Shown here: positions 1 through 10,148 of the stretch, in pieces
How positions within the stretch are numbered: the first letter of the stretch is position 1
Layout of the letters: each line of letters starts with the position of its first letter
Position numbers and translations under genes: made by a program
Sequence record: DRR723986_3166
Reading direction: 5' to 3' (one strand)
DNA length: 48,330 bases
The notes under the pieces: generated by a model
What the model saw: the letters and a program-made list of their open reading frames with translations, nothing else
Told to the model about the DNA's origin: nothing
Database searches by the model: none

Positions 1-14
1 TGCAAATGTGTTAA

Positions 15-199
15 CTAGCGGCCCGGGGGGCGCTGTGATTTTGAGCCGGTGCGTGTTAGAATTGAAATTGAGGAATTATTACTGCTGATGTTGAGCCTGC
101 AATCAAGTTAATCTGCCGTAAACGACGTATAACGACCCGCTGAAGTAATTAGCCTTGGCGCCGAATTGTAAAAATACAATCTAGCGGCCCGGGGGGCGC
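15..199. repeat. Two exact 19-bp direct repeats CTAGCGGCCCGGGGGGCGC (15-33 and 181-199)
   Basis: Read directly from the sequence; copies start 166 bp apart in the intergenic region downstream of the NFACT gene. Confidence 0.9.
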
Positions 200-238
200 C
201 ACGAGGTTTTTCCAAAACCCTGCGAAAGGAACACAAGC

Positions 239-1879
239 TCAATCCTGATCGCTCTCACCTTCAGGAACATGCGGCCGCGTCATAATCACAGTTTCGCGTT
301 CCAGCGTCACAGCGCCCTGAGCCGCTCCGCGTGGTTTGCGGATGTACTTCTTTTGCGTGTACACTACAGGTGTTAAGCCGGCATTGCGCGACTTGGAATA
401 ATAGGCTGCGATTCCCGCCGCCGCTTCCAGTATATACTTGGGTGGCTTGGACTTGCCGTCACCGCCTTTTAAGACGGCGTGTGATCCCGCGACGCCGCGT
501 GCGTGAAACCACAAGTCGTTCGGGCGTGCAAAGCGCATTGTTAACTCATCATTGTTCGCTGAATTGCGACCAACATATAAAGTAAAACCCTCGCCCAATT
601 CAAAACGTCTGTAGCGGGAGTCGTCCAGGGTATTTGTGTTTTTGCGCATAACCGGAAATATATCGGGGAATTCGTTGCGTAAACTGTCCAGGTCGTCGTC
701 ACCTTGCGCTGCCTCAAATCGCTGGCGCGCTGCCGTCAGACGTTCCTGCTGCTCTACATATTGGAAGTAGCGTCGCTCGCGGATAGCGGCCGCCTGCACA
801 CTTTTGCGTGCCTTGTCAAAATAATCCTGAGCATTATCCAGCAGGCTTTTGGCGGGGTCAAGTGGGATAGTGTGCGCTTGTTCTTCCCAGTCGTTCAGTA
901 TTATTTCTGCCTGGCCCTTTTTGTGCAAATCCCCACGTGCCATGATCAACTCTGCAAAGAGCCTACGCTTCTGTGCCCGCTCAGCACCTACCTTTTCGCT
1001 TTCAAGGTGAGTGATAGCTCGCTGGGTTTTGCCTTCCAGTTTACTCAGAATCTTTTCGACTGCATTGCGCTTGCCGTGCTCGCGCAGCAAGCGCCGTGTG
1101 CGAATAATGCGCTGCAGAATTGCCTGGCTGATGCCGTCAAACTCCTCGGCCTCATCGCTGAGTTTAATCATGCTGAGCAGGGGAGAACCGTCAGCTGCGG
1201 ATTGCAGGTAGAATGTCTCCGTACTTAAACAGGCCGTCCGGATTTGCTGCGCTTCTTCCTGGATGTTCTTAAGCTGTGCTGCTGAATAATCGGCAACTGT
1301 GCTGCGCGGGTCAAGGCTCAGGCGCTGAAACAATTCAAGTTGATACTGTTTTCCTGTTAACTGCAGCGTTTTTGCCAGAACACGCGCCAGACGCTCAGCC
1401 TTAAGTCCCTCATCTTCAAGACAGGGAACCAAGTCTGCAACCATGCGTGGCTGTGGGTTTAAAACAACTGTGTCGTCAAGATTCGAACTTTTAAATGTGG
1501 CAACAATCTTGTGCGAAGTATCAGTCATCATCAGGTCGCCCCGCCCCGCGCTGTACATGTTGGCGATCAGGCGATTGTGCTCAAACTCAAAGATGATGTT
1601 GCGCTCAAATGCCGGAATGCTCACAGACAGCAGCTCCTGGCCGATCAGACTTTTAAACAAGTCCATGCTGTTGCGCCTGGCCCGCGCAAACTTCGGCTTC
1701 AGAAACATACTCGTCAGCTTGGGGGCAAAACTGCACTCTACAACCCCGCGGCGTTCATCGTCTTCAAACTGCAGAATCGCCGTGTCTTTAAACTGCGTAA
1801 ATGCTTCGGTGAGTTTACAGCCGCGCAAAGTATCTAGCTCGGCGGCAATATGATAAAGGGTGAAGTACTGCTGCAACAT
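239..1879 (-). CDS. rqcH: NFACT-family ribosome quality control protein (RqcH/Rqc2, FbpA-like)
   Basis: 546 aa; coiled-coil middle with IPLDPAKSLLDNAQDYFDKARK; C-terminal NFACT-R domain VGRNSANND-LT...NDLWFHARGVAGSH...AAYYSK...VYTQKKYIRKP. Confidence 0.88.
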   Translation of the reverse strand: MLQQYFTLYHIAAELDTLRGCKLTEAFTQFKDTAILQFEDDERRGVVECSFAPKLTSMFLKPKFARARRNSMDLFKSLIGQELLSVSIPAFERNIIFEFEHNRLIANMYSAGRGDLMMTDTSHKIVATFKSSNLDDTVVLNPQPRMVADLVPCLEDEGLKAERLARVLAKTLQLTGKQYQLELFQRLSLDPRSTVADYSAAQLKNIQEEAQQIRTACLSTETFYLQSAADGSPLLSMIKLSDEAEEFDGISQAILQRIIRTRRLLREHGKRNAVEKILSKLEGKTQRAITHLESEKVGAERAQKRRLFAELIMARGDLHKKGQAEIILNDWEEQAHTIPLDPAKSLLDNAQDYFDKARKSVQAAAIRERRYFQYVEQQERLTAARQRFEAAQGDDDLDSLRNEFPDIFPVMRKNTNTLDDSRYRRFELGEGFTLYVGRNSANNDELTMRFARPNDLWFHARGVAGSHAVLKGGDGKSKPPKYILEAAAGIAAYYSKSRNAGLTPVVYTQKKYIRKPRGAAQGAVTLERETVIMTRPHVPEGESDQD

Positions 1880-1894
1880 GGTTGACGCTCTGGA

Positions 1895-4699
1895 TCAGGA
1901 AGGTTTCCACGCGTCGATTATCGCACGTAGCTCACGCAGGGGTTCTTTTTTGCGGTTCTTGTAAATCAGATCGCGCCAGATGGCCGTATCCTCACGGGCT
2001 GCAACTTCATACATGCGCTTGCGCGCTTCCGGCTTTAAGTCTTTCATCCATTTGCCAACATCGGCGGCTTCAACACTATTGCTGTCCACGCGTGATACAA
2101 GCGCTGCAATCTGCGTACGCCGTGGCAATGACTTTGTAGCGCGATACAGGCCGCGAAACTGTTTGGGAGTGAGCGTAGTATCGCCGCGGCGCACACCTTC
2201 CACAAAAGCATTGCGCACGTGTTGTTTGGTGTCATTTAAACAGCGTTTGGCAATGTTAAGTAAGTCCGGCGGCATGAGTCTGCCCAGGGCGTATGCGGCG
2301 CGCATGCGAACATGCGTGTGCTCGTCCAGCATTAGATCTGTTAACCTGTCAGTCTTGGCACTATCGCCCATTTTGCCTAGCTGTAGTGCTGCGCCTGCAC
2401 GAAGGCGCCAATTGGAGTGGCCTGTTAACAAATGTAGTTCGGGCGTTGCTGCTTGATTTTTTATACGGCCTACGATCGAGAGACTCATTCCTACGGTTCG
2501 GGCGTCGTTGGACAGCAGCGAGTCGCGAATCATTCCAACTACTGCATCCGGAATACTGTCGTGCAGCATTTGCATTACGGCCAGCAGCGCATGCCGTTCG
2601 CGTGCCGATTCCGTGCTGAGGCGGCCACCGAGGTAGGGAAGCGCCTCCAGCTGCATGTCGCGAATGCGTTCGCGCGCCGGTTTAACATTGTATTGAAATT
2701 TCTGTGGCGCCGCCGAAGCCTGTGTAAACAAACTATCGATACTGCCGGCCAGTGGATCTTTCTCTTCTTCAGTGTCCGGGCCTGTAGCGGCCGCCGCCGC
2801 GTCACTTTCGTCTTCGGGTGCGAAGGACATATCTCGAAACACGCCGTAGGTCGATTTGTGACGGACACTATCGCTGTTAACCTGCGCATACAAATCGCGG
2901 CCCGCCCCGTCGATAAACAACCCGACCATGCCGTACTCACGCCGGAAATCGGAGAATCCCTGCATGTTGTACAGCTTCCTGGCACTGTAGGTGTCGTTGC
3001 CGCGAGAGTCTAACAAAAGGGAAACTGCATTTGCATTGCCTCCGCCCTGTGATAAGCTCTCTGCGATGTAGTCGTCGTCACCAGCCAGGTCGATTAAACC
3101 ACCAAACGCGATGTCGTGCCCGCAGCCCTGCGAAACGCCATGGCTCACATAGATATCGTTACCTTCCATATCCAGTAGCACTGCATGAGCCAGGTGAACC
3201 CCCGAACCTTGCGCGTATTGATATGCCAGATAACGATCATCACCCAGGCCGTCAACCAGCAGTCCCAGAGCGTACCAGTAGGAAGTACCCTGACCGTAAA
3301 TATCGGAAACATAGGTGTCGTTGCCGTGGAAGTCACTTAACATTCCAATGCCGCCTGAAGCCCAGGGACGATAACCGAGCCCCGCCCCCTGAGTAAACGA
3401 GATGAAATGCTGTTCGTAGCGCAGAAAATCCTGATAGGGGCTGGAAGTGACGTAGTGGTCATTTCCGCGGGCATCAATCACCGCACCAAAGCCGCGGGTG
3501 AAACCAAAACCCTGGCCATTTGCCGCTGCACGCCAGACGTCGTTACCGTCATTGTCAATACAGAGTCCAATGCCAAAAGCCGCTGCGCCCTGTGTGAAAA
3601 CTCCACCGCGATACGTGTCGTTGCCGCCGCGATCCTCAAGTGCCGCATACCCGAACATGGCCGAACCGAGCGAGAAGTCACCGGCGCTATAGTTGTCATC
3701 GCCGCTAACATCGATTAACACATCAACGCCAAACAAAGCCGAAGCATGTGTGTAATCCTCACCCAGATAAGTGTCATTGCCATCCAGGTCTATTAAACAA
3801 CGTACCGGATGGTTAAGTAGGTCTTCCTTGCCATTCGGTCGCTGGGAAATATACGTGTCGTTTCCGCCAACATCGAAAATAAAGACGTAGTCGCCTACGT
3901 AGAGATCGTTGCCGGGGCCGCCAATCGCAATGCGTCCTTGTGCGGTCTCAAGTATAATAGTCTCCAACTGCTCAGCGTAATAATCGCGCAAGTCCAGACT
4001 TGTCTTGAGCAATTGATTGCAACGCGCGTGAAACGCAATTCCCGTCGAGTAAAGATTGCGCAGGCGCGTCACCTCTTGTGCCGCCCTGAAAAATGATTGA
4101 GCTTCAATCGCACCGGCGCGCTCAGACGCTTTTAACTCGTAGACGGAAGCCTGGCTGTTTTCCTCAGAGTACATTAACATGCTGTCAATGCGTGTGCTTA
4201 ACAACTCAAAAGTTTCTTCGCTCATCGAGCGGCGCGCACTGCGCACTTGGCGGCGCGCTACGAGCATCGGTGCCAGATACTGGCGTAGTATCGCAGCTCC
4301 CACCGCGCCCGCACTGCTATCCAGGCGCGTTTCGAGTAATTCGTCCAGGCGTCGTGCCGGAATCATATTCGATAGTGATGGAGCCTTGTACGTGCCCAGG
4401 TTTAGCACCGGCATCACCGTTTGGGCCAATCCAAGTGGATCGCGCTTGGCTTCCTGCGCATAAATAGAGGCTACGTCAAATGTTGCCAGAGGCGTGCCAA
4501 ATAAGTTCTTGACGACTTCCAGGCGGTGGGCATCGTCGGGGTAGGCATCCCAGGGCATCCAGAGGCCTTCGCGACTCATATCCAGGGCCACCAGGCCGGA
4601 GTCGATCAGGTTTTGTGCACGTTCTGGAAGGGTGAAATCAGCGGCCGGCGTCGGCAAATGCATCAGCAAAAGCAGTGCCGGTACGATGAGCATTCGCAT
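1895..4699 (-). CDS. Exported protein with D-x-x-G-[ND]-D-x-Y repeats and C-terminal HEAT repeats
   Basis: 934 aa; N-terminal signal peptide; more than 10 repeats such as DVGGNDTY, DLDGNDTY, DVSGDDNY, DRGGNDTY; HEAT-like units WRLRAGAALQLG, HVRMRAAYALG, HVRNAFVEGV. Confidence 0.8.
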   Translation of the reverse strand: MRMLIVPALLLLMHLPTPAADFTLPERAQNLIDSGLVALDMSREGLWMPWDAYPDDAHRLEVVKNLFGTPLATFDVASIYAQEAKRDPLGLAQTVMPVLNLGTYKAPSLSNMIPARRLDELLETRLDSSAGAVGAAILRQYLAPMLVARRQVRSARRSMSEETFELLSTRIDSMLMYSEENSQASVYELKASERAGAIEAQSFFRAAQEVTRLRNLYSTGIAFHARCNQLLKTSLDLRDYYAEQLETIILETAQGRIAIGGPGNDLYVGDYVFIFDVGGNDTYISQRPNGKEDLLNHPVRCLIDLDGNDTYLGEDYTHASALFGVDVLIDVSGDDNYSAGDFSLGSAMFGYAALEDRGGNDTYRGGVFTQGAAAFGIGLCIDNDGNDVWRAAANGQGFGFTRGFGAVIDARGNDHYVTSSPYQDFLRYEQHFISFTQGAGLGYRPWASGGIGMLSDFHGNDTYVSDIYGQGTSYWYALGLLVDGLGDDRYLAYQYAQGSGVHLAHAVLLDMEGNDIYVSHGVSQGCGHDIAFGGLIDLAGDDDYIAESLSQGGGNANAVSLLLDSRGNDTYSARKLYNMQGFSDFRREYGMVGLFIDGAGRDLYAQVNSDSVRHKSTYGVFRDMSFAPEDESDAAAAATGPDTEEEKDPLAGSIDSLFTQASAAPQKFQYNVKPARERIRDMQLEALPYLGGRLSTESARERHALLAVMQMLHDSIPDAVVGMIRDSLLSNDARTVGMSLSIVGRIKNQAATPELHLLTGHSNWRLRAGAALQLGKMGDSAKTDRLTDLMLDEHTHVRMRAAYALGRLMPPDLLNIAKRCLNDTKQHVRNAFVEGVRRGDTTLTPKQFRGLYRATKSLPRRTQIAALVSRVDSNSVEAADVGKWMKDLKPEARKRMYEVAAREDTAIWRDLIYKNRKKEPLRELRAIIDAWKPS

Positions 4700-4726
4700 A
4701 AGTGCTCTCCGGACCTCTTAAACAGC

Positions 4727-5179
4727 TTACATAATATCGATAGAAGAGATAAACCACTTGTCTTCCAACAGTACCGTGGTAAATCGTAGAGTCGTAATAT
4801 AACTAAACTCGGCGGTCACATTACGTGAGGCCTGTGAAAGCGTGTCGGTGTGAACATTCGTGATCTGCTTGCCGGCCATCAGCGAAGCGTACCGCATCAA
4901 CTCCCAACGCATATCAAATTTTTCGAGTGCGTGCATGTGGCTGCCGTCGCTGTCCGCCAGCATAAAAGCCGCTGCCTCGGTATTTGTCAGGTCCAGCTCC
5001 GCCTTAAACAAATATACTGCGCCAACCGCAGTAGTTTGGTCTATATCCGGCAGTGGAGCCTGCGGCGTATGGCGCGCGCCAATTGTAATCAGTTCGCAGC
5101 CTGCCAAAAGACACAGGATCAGACTGCAGGCGGACAAAAACACTCGTTGTTTCACTCTTTGCTTCGCTCTTTCCTTCAC
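4727..5179 (-). CDS. Hypothetical lipoprotein
   Basis: Lipobox LLAG-C after a hydrophobic stretch; fills the gap within a same-strand gene run; start may be the GTG at 5155. Confidence 0.7.
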   Translation of the reverse strand: MKERAKQRVKQRVFLSACSLILCLLAGCELITIGARHTPQAPLPDIDQTTAVGAVYLFKAELDLTNTEAAAFMLADSDGSHMHALEKFDMRWELMRYASLMAGKQITNVHTDTLSQASRNVTAEFSYITTLRFTTVLLEDKWFISSIDIM

Positions 5180-5187
5180 TCTTGCAC

Positions 5188-6141
5188 TTAAAGAGCCAAA
5201 AATTTTCGAGTCGCCAGCAAGGCGTCGTCAAGGCTATGTGTTGTTCCGTTAAACGGATGAACCGCACCAAACGTGTGCCCGCTTTTAGGAATGCGGTGCA
5301 GTTCTACTCGTCGGTCAGCCCGTGCCGTAGTTTTGGCAGCCTCCGCTGCGGCCAGGGATTTTTCAGCGGCGCCAATTGGCACGGCCAGATCCTGTTCGGC
5401 ATGCACCAGCAAAACATCGGAACGGCATTCGGCAATTGCCTTACGCAAATCCAACTGCTCCGCATTACGTTCAATGTCTTCCAGGTAAGAAAGGTTCATT
5501 CGCAAAACCTGTTTGGTGCGCTGGTTGGTTATCTCAAAATAACCTTTGTCGCGCCACAGGCCCTCCTGACGCTCAGTATATCGCCCCCAGCGTCCTACCG
5601 AATTCCAAAGACACGTTTTTTGGATGCGGTCGCCAAAATTGCGCGCCGTCAACAGCGCCACGCCGCCGCCGCGCGAATGCCCCAGGATGTATAGCTCGCG
5701 ATTCCAAAGCTCGGCAAGCGGGATCTCCTGATCCAGAATGCCACTGCTGATTGCTTCAACCATCTCGGCTGCATCTGCAATTTCTCGCGAAATCGTGTTG
5801 TTGGCAAAGTCGCCAACACGATCGAACATATCCGAACCGAGACTGATGCCATTCAGCGAGAAATTCATTGAGATGCTGATTGCGCCCCAGCCGGCAACCT
5901 GCTCAGCCACATACGGAAAAAAGCCCCAATCCTTAAAACCCTTAAAACCATGTAAAATCAAAACTACTGGCCGCCGACCGGCATCACCTCCGGATTGGTA
6001 TCGCGCCGTTGCATCTATTGATTTGCCAATTGCATTCGGCAAGGCAAAATTTTTGTGTATGGTTGGCCCCATAGCTTTGCCAGAGGCACTGCCAGGAGCA
6101 TTAGTTGATGTATCTGAATTTTTGTTCGTCTGCTCGGCCAT
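5188..6141 (-). CDS. Alpha/beta hydrolase (S9/dienelactone-hydrolase-like)
   Basis: HGFKGFKDWG oxyanion loop, nucleophile elbow GHSRGG, candidate Asp (EQDLAV) and His (GHTF). Confidence 0.88.
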   Translation of the reverse strand: MAEQTNKNSDTSTNAPGSASGKAMGPTIHKNFALPNAIGKSIDATARYQSGGDAGRRPVVLILHGFKGFKDWGFFPYVAEQVAGWGAISISMNFSLNGISLGSDMFDRVGDFANNTISREIADAAEMVEAISSGILDQEIPLAELWNRELYILGHSRGGGVALLTARNFGDRIQKTCLWNSVGRWGRYTERQEGLWRDKGYFEITNQRTKQVLRMNLSYLEDIERNAEQLDLRKAIAECRSDVLLVHAEQDLAVPIGAAEKSLAAAEAAKTTARADRRVELHRIPKSGHTFGAVHPFNGTTHSLDDALLATRKFLAL

Positions 6142-6255
6142 GCCGATTTCTCCATGTAGAACGAATGCCGGGTAGCCAATTACGGCTACCCGTCATCATT
6201 CAAATATTCTGGTCTATGTTCTTATGCTTTACGCGTGTGTTGGTCTGCGTGACCC

Positions 6256-8187
6256 TTACTGTTTGCCGCCCGACTTGGAACCCATGGTTACTTTGAGTGA
6301 AACGGACTTGTCTTCCATTGGACCGCGTAATACTGTAATATCTACGACGTCGCCCGGTTTGTATTTTCCAAGAGCGTGAGTGTAGTCATAGACATTCTTC
6401 ACTTCTACATCGCCAAACTTTGTGATAATATCACCGGCACGCATGCCGCCTTCATCCGCAGGGCCACCGGCGCGCACGCCTGAAAGCCTCAATCCTTTTG
6501 GGTGATCAGAGTAGTCTGGAATTGTGCCGACATAGACTGAGAAGCGCATCGATGAACCGCGATCCTTCGATGCCGTCTTTTGATATTCAGGGCGTTCTGC
6601 TGCATTGCCAATATCGTCCAGAATATGTGTCGCCACCGCATAGATTTTGGTCATGCCCTCATAATTAATCTTGTCCGGCGTATCCGTCGGCTTGTGATAA
6701 TCATCATGTGTGCCTGTAAACAGCATCAAGACTGGAATCTGGTGGCTGTAAAACGACGTGTGATCACTCGGACCAAAGCCGTCTTCATTCGTTGTAATCT
6801 CCAGTCCCGTTCCCTCAGCTGCTGCTTTGGCCAGTGCGTCGAACTTGGGCGACGTTCCAGTGCCCATCACATTCAGCTTGTTCTCCTGCAGGCGGCCAAC
6901 CATATCGAGGTTCATCATAAAGACCATCGACTCAAGCGCCATTGTCGGGTTTTTAACAAAATAATTTGAGCCGAGGAGGCCCATTTCTTCGCCGGAAAAA
7001 CCCATGAAAATCATTGAGCGTTTAGGAGGGTTGGCTGCATAATGTGACGCCAGACGCAGCATCATTGACGTGCCCGAAGCATTGTCGTCCGCGCCATAGT
7101 GGACTGTTGGGTCTTTGCCTTCATAGCGCGATCCCGCACCACCCATTCCCAGGTGATCAAAATGCGCGCCGACTACCACGTATTCTGATTTAAGCGCCGC
7201 GTCACTGCCCTCAAGCATGCCAATTACATTGACTGATTTTGACTCTACCGGCTCGATTGCAACATTAATTGTGATTTCAGCATTCTCAAGAATCACACTC
7301 TCCGGCTTGCGCGACGCAAAAATGCGCTCCTCAGTCTGCTGCAGAGATTTTTCCTTTGGTGGAAACAGCGGCGCCAGAGCCTTGCGCTTGATGTGCACAA
7401 CCGGAATGCCCAGGTCGCTGGCCATGCGGTCCGCGCGTAGCGGCATCAGCACATTTGCGGAGTCTCCCATCGGCGTCACAAAGATGATCCCGGCTGCGCC
7501 ATTTTCGCGTGCCGTCAGAACCTTCGTGGTCAGTGCCATGTGGCTGTTGAGCACACTGTGTGGATCGCGGCGCGCATCATTGTGCGGACCGTGGAAATCA
7601 TTGTGGTCCGGCGAGCCACGCAGAATCACAACAATTTTGCCGTCTACGTCGATGCCGGCATAATCGTCATAACCGTCTGCTTCGGCCGAAATCCCAAAAC
7701 CAACAAATGCCAACTGGCCGGAGGCGCTGCCATTGGAAGAGAGGCCCAGCGGCGTGTAGTCCTCACCCAGTTTCATATCGCGTGGCACCTTGCGCGCGCG
7801 TTCACGCGGCATGCCGGGACGCAAAAGCAGCATCATGGCTTTGGCGCTGTTACCGTCTACCAGCTTCAGGTCGGTCACCACCGGAAACTCCTGCTGGTAG
7901 GACTCGCCAATTGTTTTGAGGCCGATTTCACTGAAGTGGTCCTGCAGGTGTTTGGCGGCCATGCGCTCACCATCGGTTCCCGTACCGCGTCCGGCCAACT
8001 CTTCCGAAGCCAGGTAATTGATTTCTTTCTTAAAGAACTCTTCCAGTTCCGCCGGATCGGCCTGAGCCAGGCTGATGGTGCATGCTGCCAGGAAGAGGGC
8101 AGTCGTGCTAAAAATAACGCGGCGCAAAATTTCGTAGTTTCGCATAGCCAGATCGGGAGAATGTGTAAGGAAAAGATTGGCAGTCAT
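6256..8187 (-). CDS. M28 family metallopeptidase with PA and C-terminal PDZ domains
   Basis: GAHFDHLG, GADDNASG, FSGEEMGLLGS, NLDMVG, SDH, DYHKPTD motifs; PA insert YDDYAGIDVDGKIVVILRG; PDZ GTIPDY...GGPADEGGMRAGDII; signal peptide; alternative start at 8145. Confidence 0.93.
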   Translation of the reverse strand: MTANLFLTHSPDLAMRNYEILRRVIFSTTALFLAACTISLAQADPAELEEFFKKEINYLASEELAGRGTGTDGERMAAKHLQDHFSEIGLKTIGESYQQEFPVVTDLKLVDGNSAKAMMLLLRPGMPRERARKVPRDMKLGEDYTPLGLSSNGSASGQLAFVGFGISAEADGYDDYAGIDVDGKIVVILRGSPDHNDFHGPHNDARRDPHSVLNSHMALTTKVLTARENGAAGIIFVTPMGDSANVLMPLRADRMASDLGIPVVHIKRKALAPLFPPKEKSLQQTEERIFASRKPESVILENAEITINVAIEPVESKSVNVIGMLEGSDAALKSEYVVVGAHFDHLGMGGAGSRYEGKDPTVHYGADDNASGTSMMLRLASHYAANPPKRSMIFMGFSGEEMGLLGSNYFVKNPTMALESMVFMMNLDMVGRLQENKLNVMGTGTSPKFDALAKAAAEGTGLEITTNEDGFGPSDHTSFYSHQIPVLMLFTGTHDDYHKPTDTPDKINYEGMTKIYAVATHILDDIGNAAERPEYQKTASKDRGSSMRFSVYVGTIPDYSDHPKGLRLSGVRAGGPADEGGMRAGDIITKFGDVEVKNVYDYTHALGKYKPGDVVDITVLRGPMEDKSVSLKVTMGSKSGGKQ

Positions 8188-8472
8188 CGATTGTTTCGCT
8201 CCACCGTCAAATCAGTCGGCATAGACCTACGTCACGCCGCCGGAGCTGCAATCGTCAAATTTATCGATTTCCGTGCAGCGGTCAAACCCCGGAGCACATC
8301 TATCTCTGCGATGTGCCACGCACAGTTTCCCGGCCATGGACGCGTGGCTAAGGCATAGAGTGCTCTCCGCGCAGGACATATTCGTACATTGCGCGCCGGC
8401 ACAAGCAAATCAGGACCTGCGGCATAAACACATTCCCCAGGTCCGGACCCGGCATTCACAGGTGAGAAAGGC

Positions 8473-9939
8473 ATGACTTCTAAACTTCGGCGTCTTGGTT
8501 CTGAAACGGCTATCTACGGCGTCAGCACAGTGCTCGGTCGTTTCCTTACCTTTTTTCTTACGCCGCTCTACACACACGTTATCGATCCCGCCGCTCTCGG
8601 TGAAGTCGCCAACATGTTTGCCTTAATCGCCTTTGCCAACATCTTTTACTCCTTTGGCCTCGAATCCGCATTCTTTCGTTTTTTTGACAGCAAAGATGCA
8701 GTACGCTCCAACCGCGTCTTTAGCCTCAGCTTCCTCAGTCTGACAGCTGTGGCACTCTGTTTAACACTATTGATTGTCTTTGCCGCTGATTCCATTCGAG
8801 GTCCGGCGTTTATCGACCTTGGCAGTGACTTGCTGCGCGCGGCTGCTTTAATTGCATTTTTTGATGCCCTCGTGTTAATTCCATTTGCACTTCTGCGGAT
8901 GCAGGGCCGCGCCAAACGATTTGCCGTTACCAAGTTTGCCGTCATTCTTGCTAACGTCCTCGCAAACATAGTTTTTCTATTTGTGTTCAACTGGGGCGTC
9001 GCCGGAATATTCTATGCCGGCTTGCTTTCAAGCAGCCTCGGTTTTGTTTTTGTCTTGGACATTCTGGTTAAACGGCTGCGTCCCAATTTTGACATCGCGC
9101 TACTGCGTGAAATGTTAAAATTTGGATTGCCAACGCTGCCGGCGTCATTTGCCGCAATTGTGTTGCAGTTAATCGACAGGCCCTTGTTAAAAGCTATGTC
9201 AGGCCCCGAGGCCGTCGGGATATATCAGGCCAACTACCGCCTGGCCATTCCCATGATGATGTTTGTTACCGTGTTTGACTACGCCTGGAAGCCCTTTTTT
9301 CTGCGCGAAGCCGCCGCTGATAGCGCTACGGCAAAAAATCTGTTTGCGCGTGTTATGACGCTCTTTGTTGCTATTGCGGTCGCCATTTTCCTGGTAGTCG
9401 CATTATTTATGGAGTTTGTTGTTGCCACGCCAATCGCCGGAATCTCACTGATTGACTCGCGCTATTGGGGTGGATTATTCATCATTCCAATTGTTCTCGG
9501 CGGCTACTTTTTTCACGGAATTTCCACAAACCTGCTCGTTGGCCCATACATTGCCAAGAAGACTTCCATGCTTGCCTATTCCACTGTTAGTGCCGCGATT
9601 GTTAATATCGTTGTTAACCTGGCCCTGATTCCTGTGCTTGGTATCGCCGGGGCGGCCTGGGCTACTTTTGCCGCATATCTGGCCGGTACTATAATCTTGT
9701 ATTTTGCATCAAGGACACTCTTTCCGGTGCCGTACGAGTGGGGCCGAATCGCTGCAATTGTACTGCTTGGATGTGCCATCTGGGCCGGTTTTGGACTGTT
9801 AACCGTGGACATGCAGCTGTGGATGTCGTTAACGTTGCGCCTGGTTGGCCTGCTATTATTTGCAGCTGGAATACTATTAACTGGTTTGTTGAAGCCTGCA
9901 GAATTACAGGCGCTACGCGGCCTCTTTCGTCGTCGATGA
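8473..9939 (+). CDS. Oligosaccharide flippase (Wzx/MOP superfamily polysaccharide biosynthesis protein)
   Basis: 488 aa, about 14 hydrophobic segments; ETAIYG...GRFLTFFLTPLYT, MLKFGLP, IDR...VGIYQANYRL patterns. Confidence 0.88.
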   Translation: MTSKLRRLGSETAIYGVSTVLGRFLTFFLTPLYTHVIDPAALGEVANMFALIAFANIFYSFGLESAFFRFFDSKDAVRSNRVFSLSFLSLTAVALCLTLLIVFAADSIRGPAFIDLGSDLLRAAALIAFFDALVLIPFALLRMQGRAKRFAVTKFAVILANVLANIVFLFVFNWGVAGIFYAGLLSSSLGFVFVLDILVKRLRPNFDIALLREMLKFGLPTLPASFAAIVLQLIDRPLLKAMSGPEAVGIYQANYRLAIPMMMFVTVFDYAWKPFFLREAAADSATAKNLFARVMTLFVAIAVAIFLVVALFMEFVVATPIAGISLIDSRYWGGLFIIPIVLGGYFFHGISTNLLVGPYIAKKTSMLAYSTVSAAIVNIVVNLALIPVLGIAGAAWATFAAYLAGTIILYFASRTLFPVPYEWGRIAAIVLLGCAIWAGFGLLTVDMQLWMSLTLRLVGLLLFAAGILLTGLLKPAELQALRGLFRRR

Positions 9940-9995
9940 GTCCACCCAAGATTTTTCTTTCTATGTTACGTTCTGTTTTACTTTTGGTTTGCCTT

Positions 9996-10075
9996 GCGCT
10001 TCGCCCCTTCGCTTTCGCTGAAAGCTCGCTCACTGGCTTGCTTGTTAGAGCACTTCGCCCCTTGTCGCTTTCGCT
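9996..10075. repeat. Imperfect pyrimidine-rich direct repeat GC[G/A]CTTCGCCCCTT(GT)CGCTTTCGCT x2
   Basis: Copies at about 9996-10019 and 10050-10075. Confidence 0.7.
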
Positions 10076-10117
10076 AACGCTTCAGCTTGGTGGCTTGTTT
10101 GGTATTATTGTTAACTA

Positions 10118-10148
10118 TTGATGCCGCAGGCAACAGGAGCTAAGTTTG
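10118..10148 (+). promoter_or_regulatory. Candidate housekeeping promoter for the first TPR-LuxR gene
   Basis: TTGATG-17 bp-TAAGTTTG; the second box matches the Bacteroidota -7 consensus TAnnTTTG. Confidence 0.45.

Noticed and set aside
15-199. CRISPR array
   Set aside because: Only two 19-bp copies with a 147-bp spacer and no cas genes in the window
331-8358. Plus-strand ORFs overlapping the minus-strand housekeeping genes
   Set aside because: Antisense to well-supported genes and without protein motifs
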